DNA from: Entomortierella parvispora E1425
Lineage: Eukaryota; Fungi; Mortierellomycota
DNA: 64,000 nt
Direction: 5' to 3'
Assembly: GCA_020891255.1 (NCBI GenBank)
Contig: BQFW01000013.1
Coordinates: 2,294,001 to 2,358,000, forward strand
In this document: piece by piece, positions 51,979 to 64,000 of the stretch
How the letters are laid out: every line of letters starts with the position of its first letter
Numbering within the stretch: position 1 is the first letter of the stretch
The notes under the pieces: model-generated
Seen by the model: the letters and a program-made list of their open reading frames with translations, nothing else
Database searches by the model: none
What the model was told of the DNA's origin: nothing
Program-made: the position numbers and the translations under genes

Positions 51979-54416
51979 ATGTCAAATACCGATTGCGTGG
52001 AGATAGATGGCCCAAGCAGGTCTGCACTATCTCTTGCTGTGATATCCCGTCATTCAGCCAGCAGCACTGAGGACAATATTCCTTTTATCCCTGCTACCCT
52101 TACAGTCTCTAACCTTCATTACGAAGTCATCATCAAGGAGCGGTGTAACAATGCATGGAAAAAATTCTCCAAGAAACATAACCGTGTCCAGAAGGCGTTG
52201 ATTGCCAATGTTTCCCTTATGGCGGCTCCTGGCCGAGTTCTTGCCATCATGGGCCCCAGTGGATCAGGTAAATTGTAGTGTCTTTTTTTTTTTTTGAAAA
52301 TAAAATATTCGGTTTGCAGGCAGACTATCAGCACTGTTACTTGACTGTGTTCTGATGCTCATTATCCGTAGGCAAGACCACACTTTTGGACATGATCGCC
52401 AACCGACGGGTTCGCCACATTGGCAAGGACAAGGGAGAGATCTTACTGAATGGTTTCCCCGTCAAGCAGTATGGTTCTGTCTCAAGACGTCTCTTTGGAT
52501 ATGTTGCTCAACACAATGGTACATGGTCCTAAGTTCTCTGACACTTAGTTTATGAAAATGTGCTACCAATATCATCTCATCGTCCAAGTAATTAACGGTG
52601 CCAGGGAAACTTATTTTTCTAGATCTCATGGAGACATTCACTGTCCAGGAGATTTTGACCTTTGCCGCAAAGATGAGACTGCCCCGTTCAATGAGTGACC
52701 AAGACAAGATTGCTAGAGTGTATGCAGTCATGCAAGAGCTGAACCTCACCCATATTAAGGATACCAAGGTTGGAGGGACTCTCATGCGTGGTATTTCAGG
52801 GGGTGAAAAACGTCGAGTCATCGTTGCTGAGGAGCTCTTATCCAGTCCTAGTATCTTGCTCTTGGATGAGCCGACGTCGGGACTGTCCTCTACTGACGCC
52901 TTGAACATTGTTAAAGTGATCAAAGGGCTTGCAGCCAAAGGTCGTACTGTTATCATGGTGATACACCAGCCTCGCTCTGATATCTATGAGGTACGTGTGA
53001 GAACATGGAAAGCCTAGCCTTGGGCCAAGCACATGCAGTGGAAAAGAACAAACTGTACTAATAAGCAGTACCGTCTTTAGCTCTTTGACGACCTGTTACT
53101 GCTATCCCAAGGGATGGTCGTGTATTTTGGAAAGGCTCAATCTGCCTCCACCTACTTTGAGGAACTTGGTTATGATTGCCCCGTCGGATGGAACATTGCC
53201 GACTATTTATGTATGCCCTCAAAGCCCTGCCCTTTGGTAACATCAGTTCAAATGAAGTGTTTATACTTATTTTCTCTTTGGCTCTTTCACATATCTATAG
53301 TGGATTTGGTTTCCGAGCCTCACGAGACCTCTTCAGGCGAAAGACTTTCTGCTGTCCACAAAGACTTTGCAACATATTATTCCAACTACCTTTCCTCCAA
53401 CCCGGAAGCGTACCTGACCCAGCTCTTGAATGAGCACAACAACAGGGTAAACAAGATTGAGGGCGAATCTCTCATGAGCAGGTGCAAGAAGGAGTACACA
53501 ACCGAGTATGCCACCACCGCCTTGACACAGACTTTGATGTTGACGCATCGCAACTTGACCAATTTGGCTCGCCACCCCCTCATTTTCCGGGCAGCAGCGG
53601 TCATCCATGTTGTTTCTGCTCTCGTGGTTGGTTCAGTGTTCTCGGGCCTAAAGGACAGACCAGAGATGGGTGCGATCAGCTTTAACAAATCGATCGTTTT
53701 GTTCTTCATAAGCAGTTTCTTGGGCATGATAACCTTTGCCGCCTTGCCTCAGAGTACAGTGGAGTTTTTTTTTTGGTTGTCAGTGGCTTTCAATCTTGAA
53801 TATCTTTGGGATATTGCGCTCACAACGGCATTCTTATTCTCTTCTTCTATACATAGTTCTTGTGGAACGAAGCACATTCTTAAGAGAACGCGCAGCAGGA
53901 ATGTATAGGACTTCGTCCTACTTCATAGCCAAGACGATCGTTGAGACCTTCTCCTACGCGGCTCTGTCAGTCATTTTTGCCGCCATCACATATTACCTTG
54001 TTGGTTTCCAGGGTTCCGTAATCTACTACTTTATGTTGGTCGCAGCCTTTGTGAACGTGTCCTTATCCTTGGTTGCTGCCATCGGAGCTCGTCTGGAAAG
54101 CGCCGAGATCGGTATAATCTTGAAGGTCCTAATTAGCAGCGTAGCCGTTCTATTTTCGGGATTTCTCGTGGGCAGAACTGAGATCCCTCGAGGGTGGATC
54201 TGGGCGCTCTGGGCGTCTTACTACCAATGGGCTCTTTCAGGGTTGATGGACAATGAGTTTTCGGATGGATCTCTGAAAGGAACCACCACACTTTTGTACT
54301 TTGGGATTAACCAGGTCGAGATATTGACCAAGAAGACGTGTCTTTTGGTTCTGTTGGCTTATTACATAGTTCTCAGAGTCATTGGGTTCCTGCTGCTTCG
54401 TTCCAAAAGGGTTTAA
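51979..54416 (+). CDS. ABCG (White-type) half-size ABC transporter; exons 51979-52267, 52372-52518, 52623-52990, 53081-53210, 53301-53753, 53857-54416
   Basis: GPSGS|GKTT, ISGGEKRRV, LLLDEPTSG, IHQP, FLRER..G.Y, and a C-terminal transmembrane region; five GT-AG introns restore one frame. Confidence 0.93.
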
Positions 54417-54719
54417 AGTCACCTTCACGGGTGTTTTTTTCTTGAAATAAATTCTGGGAGAATGATTATAATAATGCGAAGTGATCCTGTGCTCCAGTCC
54501 CACACCAAGGCTGGAGGAATTACGTCTTGGAGAATATAATACTATTATTTAATTTTGATGTCGCCAATTTTTGCAACTTTTCCCGCCACCAAAAGCGCTC
54601 CTGTGCTTCGCCCATTTTTTTGCCACCAAAATTGAACGCTGGTCTTTGCCCTCCCCTGGCCCTTATTTATAAGTTTTATAAGTATGGTGCCCTTCAAATG
54701 AAAATACACTGCATCCAAC

Positions 54720-54787
54720 TGGAATCGCGCGGCGATTCCACTGCTAGGGCCTGTATGGACGGGAACCAGATTGCTGTCGGCCAGAAT
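54720..54787 (+). mobile_element. ~65-bp filler copied from the DIRS family 3 MTase region
   Basis: GCGCGGCGATTCCACTGCTAGGGCCTGTATGGACGGGAACCAGATTGCTGTCGGCCAGAA is nearly identical to 46863-46921. Confidence 0.8.
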
Positions 54788-54798
54788 CTCAGCTCATT

Positions 54799-57792
54799 TT
54801 ATTTTATCACATATTTGATCAAGTCCCTCAAGCGGATTATCTCTGTTTTCTTTTCTTCGATGCCATCGAAAAAAAAGTCGTCCATGTTGGACATGTTGAT
54901 ATACACCATTACATCCTCGGTACCGGTAGCAGGGTCCTTCTTGATATGAGTAACATGTTGTATTCTTTGGACACGAGTTAGCTCAAGGTGAATACGTAGG
55001 ATACCTGTGATCTTGTGTCCTCCGGATTCGACAAAATCCTCCCGAATCCTTGACAACGATTTGTACATTTTCTCTCCATCTGCCTTCAAGAAGCTGCAAC
55101 GAATGTCAGTCGAGGTTTCATTCTCTTCATGAAGCGACTGGGATATAGGATTGCTATAAAACTTGATGCCTAGAGAGCCAGCGTACTGAGGATCGGAAAA
55201 GAACCATGCTCCATCTTGGCGAGTGCCAGATTTCTCAACCATGAGCTTGTTCGATGGGCGCTCCAAGAGGAATTCAAGATCGCCCCTAGTGTCGTCCCTT
55301 AGTCCATACCCATATCCCTGCGCTGTGTTGATTTCGTTGATCTGAAGCTTCAGTCCCTGGCACCATGCAGGCAATTCGATGCCTTTAAGGAAAGGGAGGT
55401 CCACCAGATAGAAGTTATTAAATCGCTGTAAAGCCCTCCAGACAAGCGGCTCCAGACAATTCCCTTTGGAGGATGATTTCAGGCCGAGATTTTGGAGGAT
55501 CTCGTAAAGTTGATGAAGATGGCCCAAAAAGACGAGATCCTTTCCCAACCGTTCTAGCTCTTCCTCAACAACTTCGACAACGAGCGGCTCTTCCATGAGC
55601 CAATTCACACCATCCTTCTGCAATTGCAGACTACACACAGCCTTGTCCACGAAGTCGGCTTGGGTGCTTATCGAGAACTGCGTCTTGCCCCCATGAAGCT
55701 TGTAGGCTAATACCATACGGCCGAGAAGATGCGCGACATCTCCAGTCTCGTCGTCCGTCAGAAGTTGTCTGACTCCTGCCTGTAGCGACAACTTTGATCG
55801 AGCAATCGCCAAATCTACCACTTTATCCAGTCTGGCCTGTTTGGAGCTGTGGGGTTCAATGTGGCGGCACTCAAACATTTCAGTGACAACACTAACCGAA
55901 AATCGTGCTCTTCCTGTCAACATCTGGAGCTTGACAAGCGGGATTGTACAGTCCGAGATGTCAACAAGTTCCGATAGTACGTTCTGCACGTCTTCTTCGT
56001 TAAACATGGGGAATTGCGTAATTCTGTGGAAGTTTGTGCGCTTTCCGACCGCTGGGTATACGTCATCCGCATCCTGCAACGACATCGACGTTCCAAGTAC
56101 CACCAGCGTTGAACGCATGTGGCTAAGTGTTGCACAAAGGGGCGTGAGGAACCCCCGAAGGTGGATATCCAGTATGCGACCCTTGCCGTCGAGGATCTTG
56201 TTTTCAACAATGGAAGATGGTGCAATAAATGTCCTGGGTAAGATACGATTTCCTGCGACTTGGGCTTCATCCAGAGCGACTACGAGTCCCAGTCCTCGTT
56301 TCGTAAGATATTCAGCCAAACTCTTCTCCACTTGATGGTGCATGTCAACGATTGTGTCTGCATCATACATGCGCAACTTCTTGACTAGTTCTCGGATGGT
56401 TATGGCTCCTCCATTGGCCTGTTCGCGAAAGAACTGCAGCGGCTCAAGATTCGGGTCAATGCTGAAAAGGACCTGAAGAAATAGCCGTCTTGCCAGGAAT
56501 TCTAGCATGACACGTTCTCCTGCAAGTCGTTTCAGGCTCGTGTCATATTGTACCAGGTCGTTTAGTGCATTTAGTGCGGGCTTCGGAAAACTTGCGTACA
56601 TCTGTTCAACATCCTGTGCAAGTGTAACAAAGTTGGGATCCTTGAAGTCAGGCGATGCCATGCTCCGTGGGTCACAGCATATGCAATATATAACGAAATG
56701 TGTCCTTGCCAGGTCAATCACTGTTGCAGTCTTTCCGGATCCTGATCGACCAACCATGGCCACCACACTGTGGCCAGTCGTCCTGCCTACATCGCGTCCA
56801 ACAATCTCGAGTAGCGTCTTGTTATCGGTCGACATTGGCTGCTTATTCCGTAATAGTCCCAGCATCGCTGGGCTCATGAGATCCTCTGTTTCACCATATG
56901 GCAGGGGTTTCTCATAGAAGGGGCCAAGGGTTTTTTTTTGAGCGGCTACAACTTTCGCTGGGTCGATATTGTGCTTGACATGCGCTTGACGGCTCTCCTC
57001 GACGATTTGTGCCAGCTCACTATAAATGCCCTTACTGGGAATGGCTTTCTTCCGGATAGTTGACGCTGAATGAAAACGAGAGGAGAAAGAGTATTAGTAA
57101 GTATTTACGGAGAGCAGAGGCTTCCTTAAAGAGCGACCCTGCATTCTGGCCCCTGGCTAAACATTTTTGTCTAATGAAAAGGAGAGTATACACTTCACCG
57201 AAAGGCATACCTGCATGGGCTATGTGAGGCAGCAAGAAATGTGGTAAAACGAACAGTTACAACAGCCTTTCACAAACAAGTTTATACGAGTGAGAATGGC
57301 GCCTGCCGCATTACCTTGAGAGGGTGATTGGACGACAATGTAAATGAGGCTCCTGTCTGCGCCATTTCGAAAATAAGTCTCAAGATTCTCGAGTTCGTCA
57401 GCAAGCTCTTTGCGAGACGCAGTAGAAAGCTGCGCCGTAGTGGCTCCACCTTCAATATGAAAGAGAGTGAGCTTGTCAGCAGCGATCTTGTTGAATTCGG
57501 GGTCTTTTTCTTTCTTGATTTCGTCCTTGAGCTTGCTGACAGATTCTGAAGATGCAATATCAACAGGGAATGAGCTCGATTCTCCATCCATGATACAGTT
57601 CAGGCGGAGCATCTTGCCGGCCATGGTGATGTCGGTCATGGCGGATGGAGAGGCGGCTGGTTTCGAGGACGTGTCCGCTGCGGAAGAATGACTCGTAGCA
57701 GTCCGTGGTGGACTCGTCGAGCTTCCTGCTGATGATCCTGGTTGGAGATTGCTGGTTGATTTCGCTTTCCCTTTGCCATTGTTCTTTGTCAT
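54799..57792 (-). CDS. Crinkler-type protein 2; exons 57792(or 57624)-57315 and 57065-54799
   Basis: Exon 2 (2267 nt) is nearly identical to that of CRN 1. The different header reads LRLNCIMDGESSSFPVDI...VSKLKDEIK...ADKLTLF...LIYIVVQSP, with a phase-1 G|GTAAT donor. Confidence 0.88.
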
Positions 57793-58009
57793 TGTGCGGA
57801 CAGTGGTTCGCGTGAGTGTCACAAGTGGGCGGATGAGATGTGTTGTGACTGAGAGTGACGGAAGAGTGGAGGGAAAAGGAGCGAGGACGGCGAAATTGCT
57901 CTCTTTCTTCCGCTTCCCTTCTTCACTCCGCACTCTTCCTCTTGGCCCCTCTTGGCCCCTCATTCTTCTTCTTCACTCTGCTCACCCTTTGTCTTCTCAT
58001 CATTAGCCC

Positions 58010-59300
58010 TCTGCTCAACCGCCATGACATCACCCTACTTGCCATCTGCTTTTGTTTCATCTGTCCGATAAATGTCAGCTTCAGTTTGAGAGCATGCAAA
58101 CGAGTGCAAGGAGATCAGCTCCTCGTACAGTTCTCATTCCGAGATTGACCGCAACTTGTGTTTGCTCCGAGTCGCTGTCCTTCGCGCTCTTCCATGACGC
58201 CATGGTCCATGCTGACTAGGACCATTACCTGATAAGGCTTGTCCCTGAATGAATGTAAAGGCAGTCGACCAACAAGGACATGCAAACATCCAGTCCGAAC
58301 CACGACTAATGGCTCTTCCTCTTTGAGATAGCATTTGACTAGACAAGCACAAAAAGCAGGACCAACCTCACGAAGGACCTTGGAGTCTGGAGTATACAAC
58401 AGCCTTGGCGACTTTTCATCATGGACAGACTGGACAAATATCGTGCGTCAAACTGGGGGCATGTACAAGGATCCACCATGCGCGTGTATAAAAAAAGCAC
58501 AGTGCACCAAGCAGGTCACAGGATTTGCGTCGGGCAGTCTCTCTCATTGAAGAAAGCCATGGGTTTTACATATGGCCATGCCAGTGTTCTTGGGTCTTCT
58601 TTATGGATATCACTTAACGGACAGGAGCATGGCGAGATACAACTCATGCTGAAGTTTGGGCTCCAATTCAAAGCAGTCCTACAATACCGTCTGACCGGAC
58701 TGCAGTTGGTTGCAATGGGCACTCAACCCAGGATTTGGAATGTGTTAGTGGCTGCCCTCGGACAAGGATTGCTTTTATTCTTGGGCACAAGGACGATCGA
58801 AAACTTTGGTCCAAGAGCAGGAAAAAATTGCGTAAACAACAGGACTCGGTCTTCCTTCTACTCATCAGGACATGATACCGCCAGCCACGGAACAGAAGGA
58901 TGGGCTGTAAGCATGCTCAAAGTTTGTGTATTTGCAGCTACTCGATGGGCATCAAGAGGGCTTTTTTTTTTTTTTTTTAAGCATCGTTGAATCGCTGAAA
59001 ACAGGACCTCACAGAACAGCCGGAAGAAAAGACATCGGAGCAGTCCTGGAAAAGTTTGCCGATATCCTTTTACTCCTGTAAGTGTATTTCTTGCTCTTGG
59101 ATCTTGATTTACTTTCCTCCTGTGTACCGTATCTCGCCCTTTGAATTTGCTACCTGTGTCCATTGAGCGAAGGGGTGAATCATGAAGCGTTACTTTTGGT
59201 TGCTTGACTGCCGCTACTTCTAATAAACAATCTTCCATATTGCACATTTGAACTACACAGAATGAAACTGGCTCTTGGATACCACGGCACGATAATGTTC
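58010..59300 (+). pseudogene. Copy e of the unidentified decayed gene family
   Basis: Colinear with copies b and d; longest residual ORF 58421-58990. Confidence 0.6.
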
Positions 59301-59625
59301 GCCAAAAGCTATTCACGATCTAAACAGAACAAACAGTTATCTTTTGATAAAAAAAATCGCATCCGAGGGTTACAATAAAGATGAGAATCTCTGGCTTGTT
59401 GATCGCTACAAATCTGACAACCCTTCTCACCCGATCATTCCTCTGTATATTCCATTTTTGATCGCACCGTGTGTGCATCTTGTCCTTCCTGCTGTAGTGC
59501 CGCTGGTAGTCGGCACTACCTCATTAAACGGCCTCCTCGATTCCTCACGATTGACCGTATACAATTGTTCAGCCCTTTCTTTATTCAATCTGCCTTTTAA
59601 TGGGGGGGTGGGTCCTGCGAAAACA

Positions 59626-62600
59626 TCACAGCTTTAACCCTTGTTTATCATGGACGGCTCTCATCGCAGACAATATGTTTTCCTGCACGTCGTTACCAAT
59701 GGTTTCTGAAATCTCGCCTTTATCGGTGTAAATCCGCAATCTGCCATCTTGGACTTGTAAAGATAATACTCGTCTGCAGCTCTGGTAAAATAGACAGCTC
59801 TCGTACACACTTGATATTTCATCTTTCGTGAGCTGTGGGAGAGCAATGCATATCGAATGGCCTTGTAGCCGAAGGGCCTGTGAAGCGTCGAGTCTGGCAT
59901 CTGTGTCTCCATCCTGGAGTAGAGCAATGAGAGACCGTATGGCTGATTCTGGCAACGTTGATCGGATGCCTAATACGTCTGGGGCTATGTTTTTAGAAGA
60001 AGGAGTTCCTTGTTTGATTATAGCAATGAGAGGCTGTATGGCGGTTTCCGGTACAGCTGAATGATTCTTTAAGGCGCTCATGGCTGCAAATCTAACATAT
60101 TGGTGTTCATCGCCGAGCGCAACTACAAGGGACTCGATGGCCGATTCAGGTAACTGAGATTGTTTGCCTAATGCTTCCGCTGCTTTAGATCTGACACTCT
60201 TATCTCCATCCTTGAGTGCATCAACAAGGGATCCGACGGCTGATTCTGGCAACCCAGGCCGATATCCCAGTGCAATTGCAGCTGTACACCTAAAATCCTT
60301 ATTTTCATCCTTGAGCGTGTGAGCGAGGGATTCCACGGCTGATTCTGGCATGTTAGCTTGACTTCCCAATGCTTCTGCTGCATCAGATCTGACAAATCCA
60401 TTTCCATCCTTGATTGCGTCAACGAGAGACTTAACGGCTGATTCTGGCAACTCGGATCGATTTCCTAATGTGTGTGCTGCCATGTGTCTGAAACCCTCAT
60501 TTTCATCCTTGAGTCCCTCAACGATGGAGTGCACCACGGATTCTGTTAACTCAGTTATATTTCTCAATGCTCCTGCTGCTGCATATCCGACAGTCGAGTC
60601 TTCATCCTTGAGTGCGCCAACTAGGGATTGGACCACTGACTCTGGCAACTCGAATTGATATCCTAATATTGAAGCTGCTGCAGATCTGACATCCTTCTTG
60701 CCATCCTTGAGGACCTCGACGAGGGATTGAACCCCTGACTTTGGCAACTCAGATTGTTTGTACAATATAGATCTTGCTTCTTGCCTGACGGCATAACGTT
60801 CATCCTTGAGCACCTCAACGAGGGATTTGATGGCTGAATCTGACAATTGAGATTGTTTGTCTAATACTCCTCTTGCTGCAGATCTGACATCCTTGCGTTC
60901 ATTCTTGAGTGCGTCAACTAGAGATTGCACGACTGATTCTGGTAACTCAGATTGATTTCCCAACACATCTGCTGCCGCCCATATGAACTCCTTATTTTCA
61001 TCCTTGAGTACCTCAACGAGGGATTTGAAGGCTGATTCTGGCAACCCAAATTGTTTCCTTAATGCTCTTGTTGCCGCAAATCGGACGTCCTTGTCTTCAT
61101 TCTTGAGTGCGTCAATGAGGGATTCAATGGCTGATTCAAGCAATTTCGATTGCTCAGCTGATGACGATGCTGCAGCCCAGAAATACTCCGGTTCGCTCCT
61201 GTGCACATCAATGTCGAACTGAAAGCGCTCGCGTACTGTCGATGCCGCTGTAGGATTGACCTCCTCATTCTCATCTGTTTGTGTACCAATGAGAGACTGA
61301 AAGACCAATGGTTGCGCTGCCTTAGAACTGACTTCCTCATCCCCATCCTTGAATGGATCAACGGGAGTCCGGATGGCTGATTCCGGTAATAAATATCCAC
61401 GTGATGCCAGTGTTGTTACAGATCTGACGTCCTGGTTCTCATCCTTGCCTTCCGTGTGTAATGTAGTGAGAAGCCGAATTTTGAACTTTTGAGATTCAAA
61501 TTGTTCGTCGAAAGTCGATGTCGCCGCAGACCTGACTTCCTCATGGTCGTCCTTCCGTGCCGCAATTGCAGGCTGGAGCTTTTTCGGCATCTTGCACCGA
61601 ATATCCAATACAGACGTTGCGGATGAGTTGATGTCTTTGTGTTTAGCCTCTATTACGATGATGGGTTTTTTTTGCGGTATTCCATGCTTGGATAACACCG
61701 ATGCAGCAGCGGACCTGATGAATCCATTGTGATCCTTGAGAGAAGCGACTACAGGCTGGATGGCAGATTCTGGAAACATATTCTGCTTGCCTAATGCCTC
61801 TAGTGCTGATACCCGAGTGAGAAAATATTGTTTTACTTCCTTGAGTACGACGATGAGAGCCTGGATGCCGAATTCTGGAAGTGTAGCATTGTTCCCCAGT
61901 GCGTCTACTGCGGCAAGTCTAACCAAAAAGCTTGTATCTTCAATCGCAGCTTTTACCAGGAGGTGAATGACAGATTCCAGCATCACAGAATGTTTGCCTA
62001 AAGCTTCAGCCGCTGAAGTCCTGATAAACCCATCCTCATCTTTAAGTGCAACAGTGAGAAAATTTGTCGCATCCTCTGATATTATAGAGCGGGCTCTCAG
62101 TGTTCTCGCGAGGGTAGCCTTCCATGAGCTTTCACAGCTCAATGTTGCAATCAGAGAAGCCTCCGGGAATGAGAGTTGACTCCCTAAGCTACTCAGAGCG
62201 TATTCATCATGCTGAAGTGTCTGCATCTCAAAACGAAGCCATTTCCGAAGCTCTTCGTCTACTTCCTCGGCATATTTGGAGTCCAGTCGACCATGTGCCT
62301 CGTTGAAGCAGGATGCCAGTACCAGCTGATGTCGTCCTCCTATCAGATCGCGCGGCGCACCCTGCAAAAATGCAAAGAATTCCATCAGACCCTCTCCTTC
62401 CAACAGCCCTGCTACCATCGACCAAACGATCTCATACTGAGGGTTGTACTTGTGTTGGTGAACAAAGTTGGCCAATTGAGCCTTGGACATCATTTTGGCT
62501 GAGAGGCATTCTTGTCTGAGGTAAAAGTGGCGGACTATCCAGGTGGCGGCGAAATACTCTTGAAATGTCAGATGCAAAAAGTGCCAGGCTTGTAGAGAGT

Positions 62601-64000
62601 TGTTATTTTTGGAGTTCAAATCCACATCGGCCGTGTGCAAAAATGAGGTCTGCTTCATGACCTTGACGAGCTGAGGAGGCAATAGTCGCTGGTTGGCTCC
62701 TGTGTGGACCCTGAGATCACGAAAGGCAGAAAGCAGGTCCTGCTCCTCGAATTCGATCTGATGGTTGTTGCTCATCCCTTTGAACGCGAGATATCCGAGA
62801 TGCAGGAGTTCGGTAGCCATCAACTCATCCACGTCTTCCAGCGCCATGTCGTTGATCTCTTGTTCTGTCAAACTCATTCCACCAGCTGTCTTCTTCAGTC
62901 GAACGGCATCCTTGCACCACAGCTTGCGTACCATCAGTTGATACAGTCCTGTCATGGTGATTGCTAGTCCATCTGTTGGCAGTTTATCCCAGCTGAAACA
63001 GATAACATCCAGTTGTACAGGGATGTTGACGAGCCCTTGGATTAACGGCGTTCGTTGAATAAAATCCTGAACCGTTCTCACGGCTTCAGGCTCAAGAACC
63101 CTGACCAAAAAGTCCTTGACATTCTGCTGGCTGAATCCAACAGTTTCGACTTCCAGATCAATTGGCGGTAGTAGCTTGCTGTCCAAGCCAGAAGGTCTTG
63201 AGGTGATGACCACATATTGTTGCCTGAGCAAAGCCATGAGGAATGATCTGAAGGTCTTGCGTTCGTCACCCTCTGTATCTGCCACAATCTCGTCCACGCC
63301 GTCCAGGATGAACAAGACTCTGCCCTTTCCCGCACAAGTGGAAAGAGCTTCGGCCAGAGCCGCCTGTCGCTGGTCATGGTTCTGGGTGATGAACACCTTT
63401 TCGCGAAATAGACATTCCAGAGTGTTTCCTTTGAATCCTCGGAGTTGGCGGAGCGGAATCCATAGCACGACATCAAACAGATCTCTCCACCATCCATTCT
63501 GGTGAGCGTGGACAAGTTTCTTGCAGAGTGTTGTTTTGCCAATGCCTGCTCGTCCTTGCACCAAGATTCTCTTCGGAACAACTTCCTTTCCATCACGTAA
63601 CTTGCGCTTGTCGAAAAGATGCTCCAACGGGATCAATGCCTCCGTGTTCGTGTTCTCTACTCTCTCAAAGCTCGGGATCCGATGAAAGACGGTTGCCTGA
63701 TCTTTGAGATTTTGCTTTTCCTTTTGTCGATGAGCAGTCGCTTCCACAATTGCCAGATTAACGAAACATGTTGCCAGGTCCAACTCTTCTCCCGAAACCC
63801 TACGGATGAAGAGGTCAGGCGCATGGTAGGTTTTGAGTGCCTTGTGAATGCCAAGTCGAGGCTGCCATGGGTATTGGATCTGAACAGTCTTTAGCAACGT
63901 TGCCTTTGCCGTGACATGTCTAGTTGGATCCAGAGAATGGGTATTGTTCCACAGTGGTGATTTTAGATCGGCGATAGGTTTTAGCGTAGGGTTTTTACAT
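59626..64000 (-). CDS. NLR-like paralogue 3: NACHT + about 23 HEAT units (5' part outside the window)
   Basis: The frame is open from the window edge. GRAGIGKTT, FILDGVDE, HFLHLTFQEYFAA and a long 33-aa repeat array; same C-terminal cap as paralogues 1 and 2. Confidence 0.92.
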   Translation of the reverse strand, partial: CKNPTLKPIADLKSPLWNNTHSLDPTRHVTAKATLLKTVQIQYPWQPRLGIHKALKTYHAPDLFIRRVSGEELDLATCFVNLAIVEATAHRQKEKQNLKDQATVFHRIPSFERVENTNTEALIPLEHLFDKRKLRDGKEVVPKRILVQGRAGIGKTTLCKKLVHAHQNGWWRDLFDVVLWIPLRQLRGFKGNTLECLFREKVFITQNHDQRQAALAEALSTCAGKGRVLFILDGVDEIVADTEGDERKTFRSFLMALLRQQYVVITSRPSGLDSKLLPPIDLEVETVGFSQQNVKDFLVRVLEPEAVRTVQDFIQRTPLIQGLVNIPVQLDVICFSWDKLPTDGLAITMTGLYQLMVRKLWCKDAVRLKKTAGGMSLTEQEINDMALEDVDELMATELLHLGYLAFKGMSNNHQIEFEEQDLLSAFRDLRVHTGANQRLLPPQLVKVMKQTSFLHTADVDLNSKNNNSLQAWHFLHLTFQEYFAATWIVRHFYLRQECLSAKMMSKAQLANFVHQHKYNPQYEIVWSMVAGLLEGEGLMEFFAFLQGAPRDLIGGRHQLVLASCFNEAHGRLDSKYAEEVDEELRKWLRFEMQTLQHDEYALSSLGSQLSFPEASLIATLSCESSWKATLARTLRARSIISEDATNFLTVALKDEDGFIRTSAAEALGKHSVMLESVIHLLVKAAIEDTSFLVRLAAVDALGNNATLPEFGIQALIVVLKEVKQYFLTRVSALEALGKQNMFPESAIQPVVASLKDHNGFIRSAAASVLSKHGIPQKKPIIVIEAKHKDINSSATSVLDIRCKMPKKLQPAIAARKDDHEEVRSAATSTFDEQFESQKFKIRLLTTLHTEGKDENQDVRSVTTLASRGYLLPESAIRTPVDPFKDGDEEVSSKAAQPLVFQSLIGTQTDENEEVNPTAASTVRERFQFDIDVHRSEPEYFWAAASSSAEQSKLLESAIESLIDALKNEDKDVRFAATRALRKQFGLPESAFKSLVEVLKDENKEFIWAAADVLGNQSELPESVVQSLVDALKNERKDVRSAARGVLDKQSQLSDSAIKSLVEVLKDERYAVRQEARSILYKQSELPKSGVQSLVEVLKDGKKDVRSAAASILGYQFELPESVVQSLVGALKDEDSTVGYAAAGALRNITELTESVVHSIVEGLKDENEGFRHMAAHTLGNRSELPESAVKSLVDAIKDGNGFVRSDAAEALGSQANMPESAVESLAHTLKDENKDFRCTAAIALGYRPGLPESAVGSLVDALKDGDKSVRSKAAEALGKQSQLPESAIESLVVALGDEHQYVRFAAMSALKNHSAVPETAIQPLIAIIKQGTPSSKNIAPDVLGIRSTLPESAIRSLIALLQDGDTDARLDASQALRLQGHSICIALPQLTKDEISSVYESCLFYQSCRRVLSLQVQDGRLRIYTDKGEISETIGNDVQENILSAMRAVHDKQGLKL

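Overview
Eukaryotic genomic DNA with about 50% GC and short GT-AG introns. It is almost certainly a Mucoromycota fungus; Mortierellaceae is my best inference from the gene families. It is a repeat-rich accessory region with two layers. (1) Host-interaction or immunity-like genes: three NACHT + 33-aa HEAT-repeat NLR-like paralogues (<1-2501, a 4-exon copy at 39982-45432 with two nonsense codons, and 59626->64000), two Crinkler-type genes (ubiquitin-like header, P-loop NTPase, restriction-endonuclease-like tail) that share exon 2 but have different exon 1, a broken IFI27/ISG12-like gene, a secreted mucin with two defensin-like Cys domains, and an intact ABCG half-transporter. (2) Tyrosine-recombinase mobile elements: two full-length DIRS retrotransposons (24442-28691 +, 31871-36106 -) with complete ITR/ICR ends, relics of a third DIRS family, and a head-to-tail dimer of a fungal Crypton bounded by CATT. 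The dimer and the first DIRS are nested in a hAT transposase remnant. The most striking signal is in the two divergent full DIRS elements. Both have tandem start codons (ATG TCN N ATG) that open a stop-free reading frame of about 1,260 aa, overprinted on gag and pol and ending in the recombinase. Both also have an in-frame canonical -1 slippery heptamer plus hairpin just before the gag stop. All family names come from motif recognition by eye; no searches or folding programs were run.
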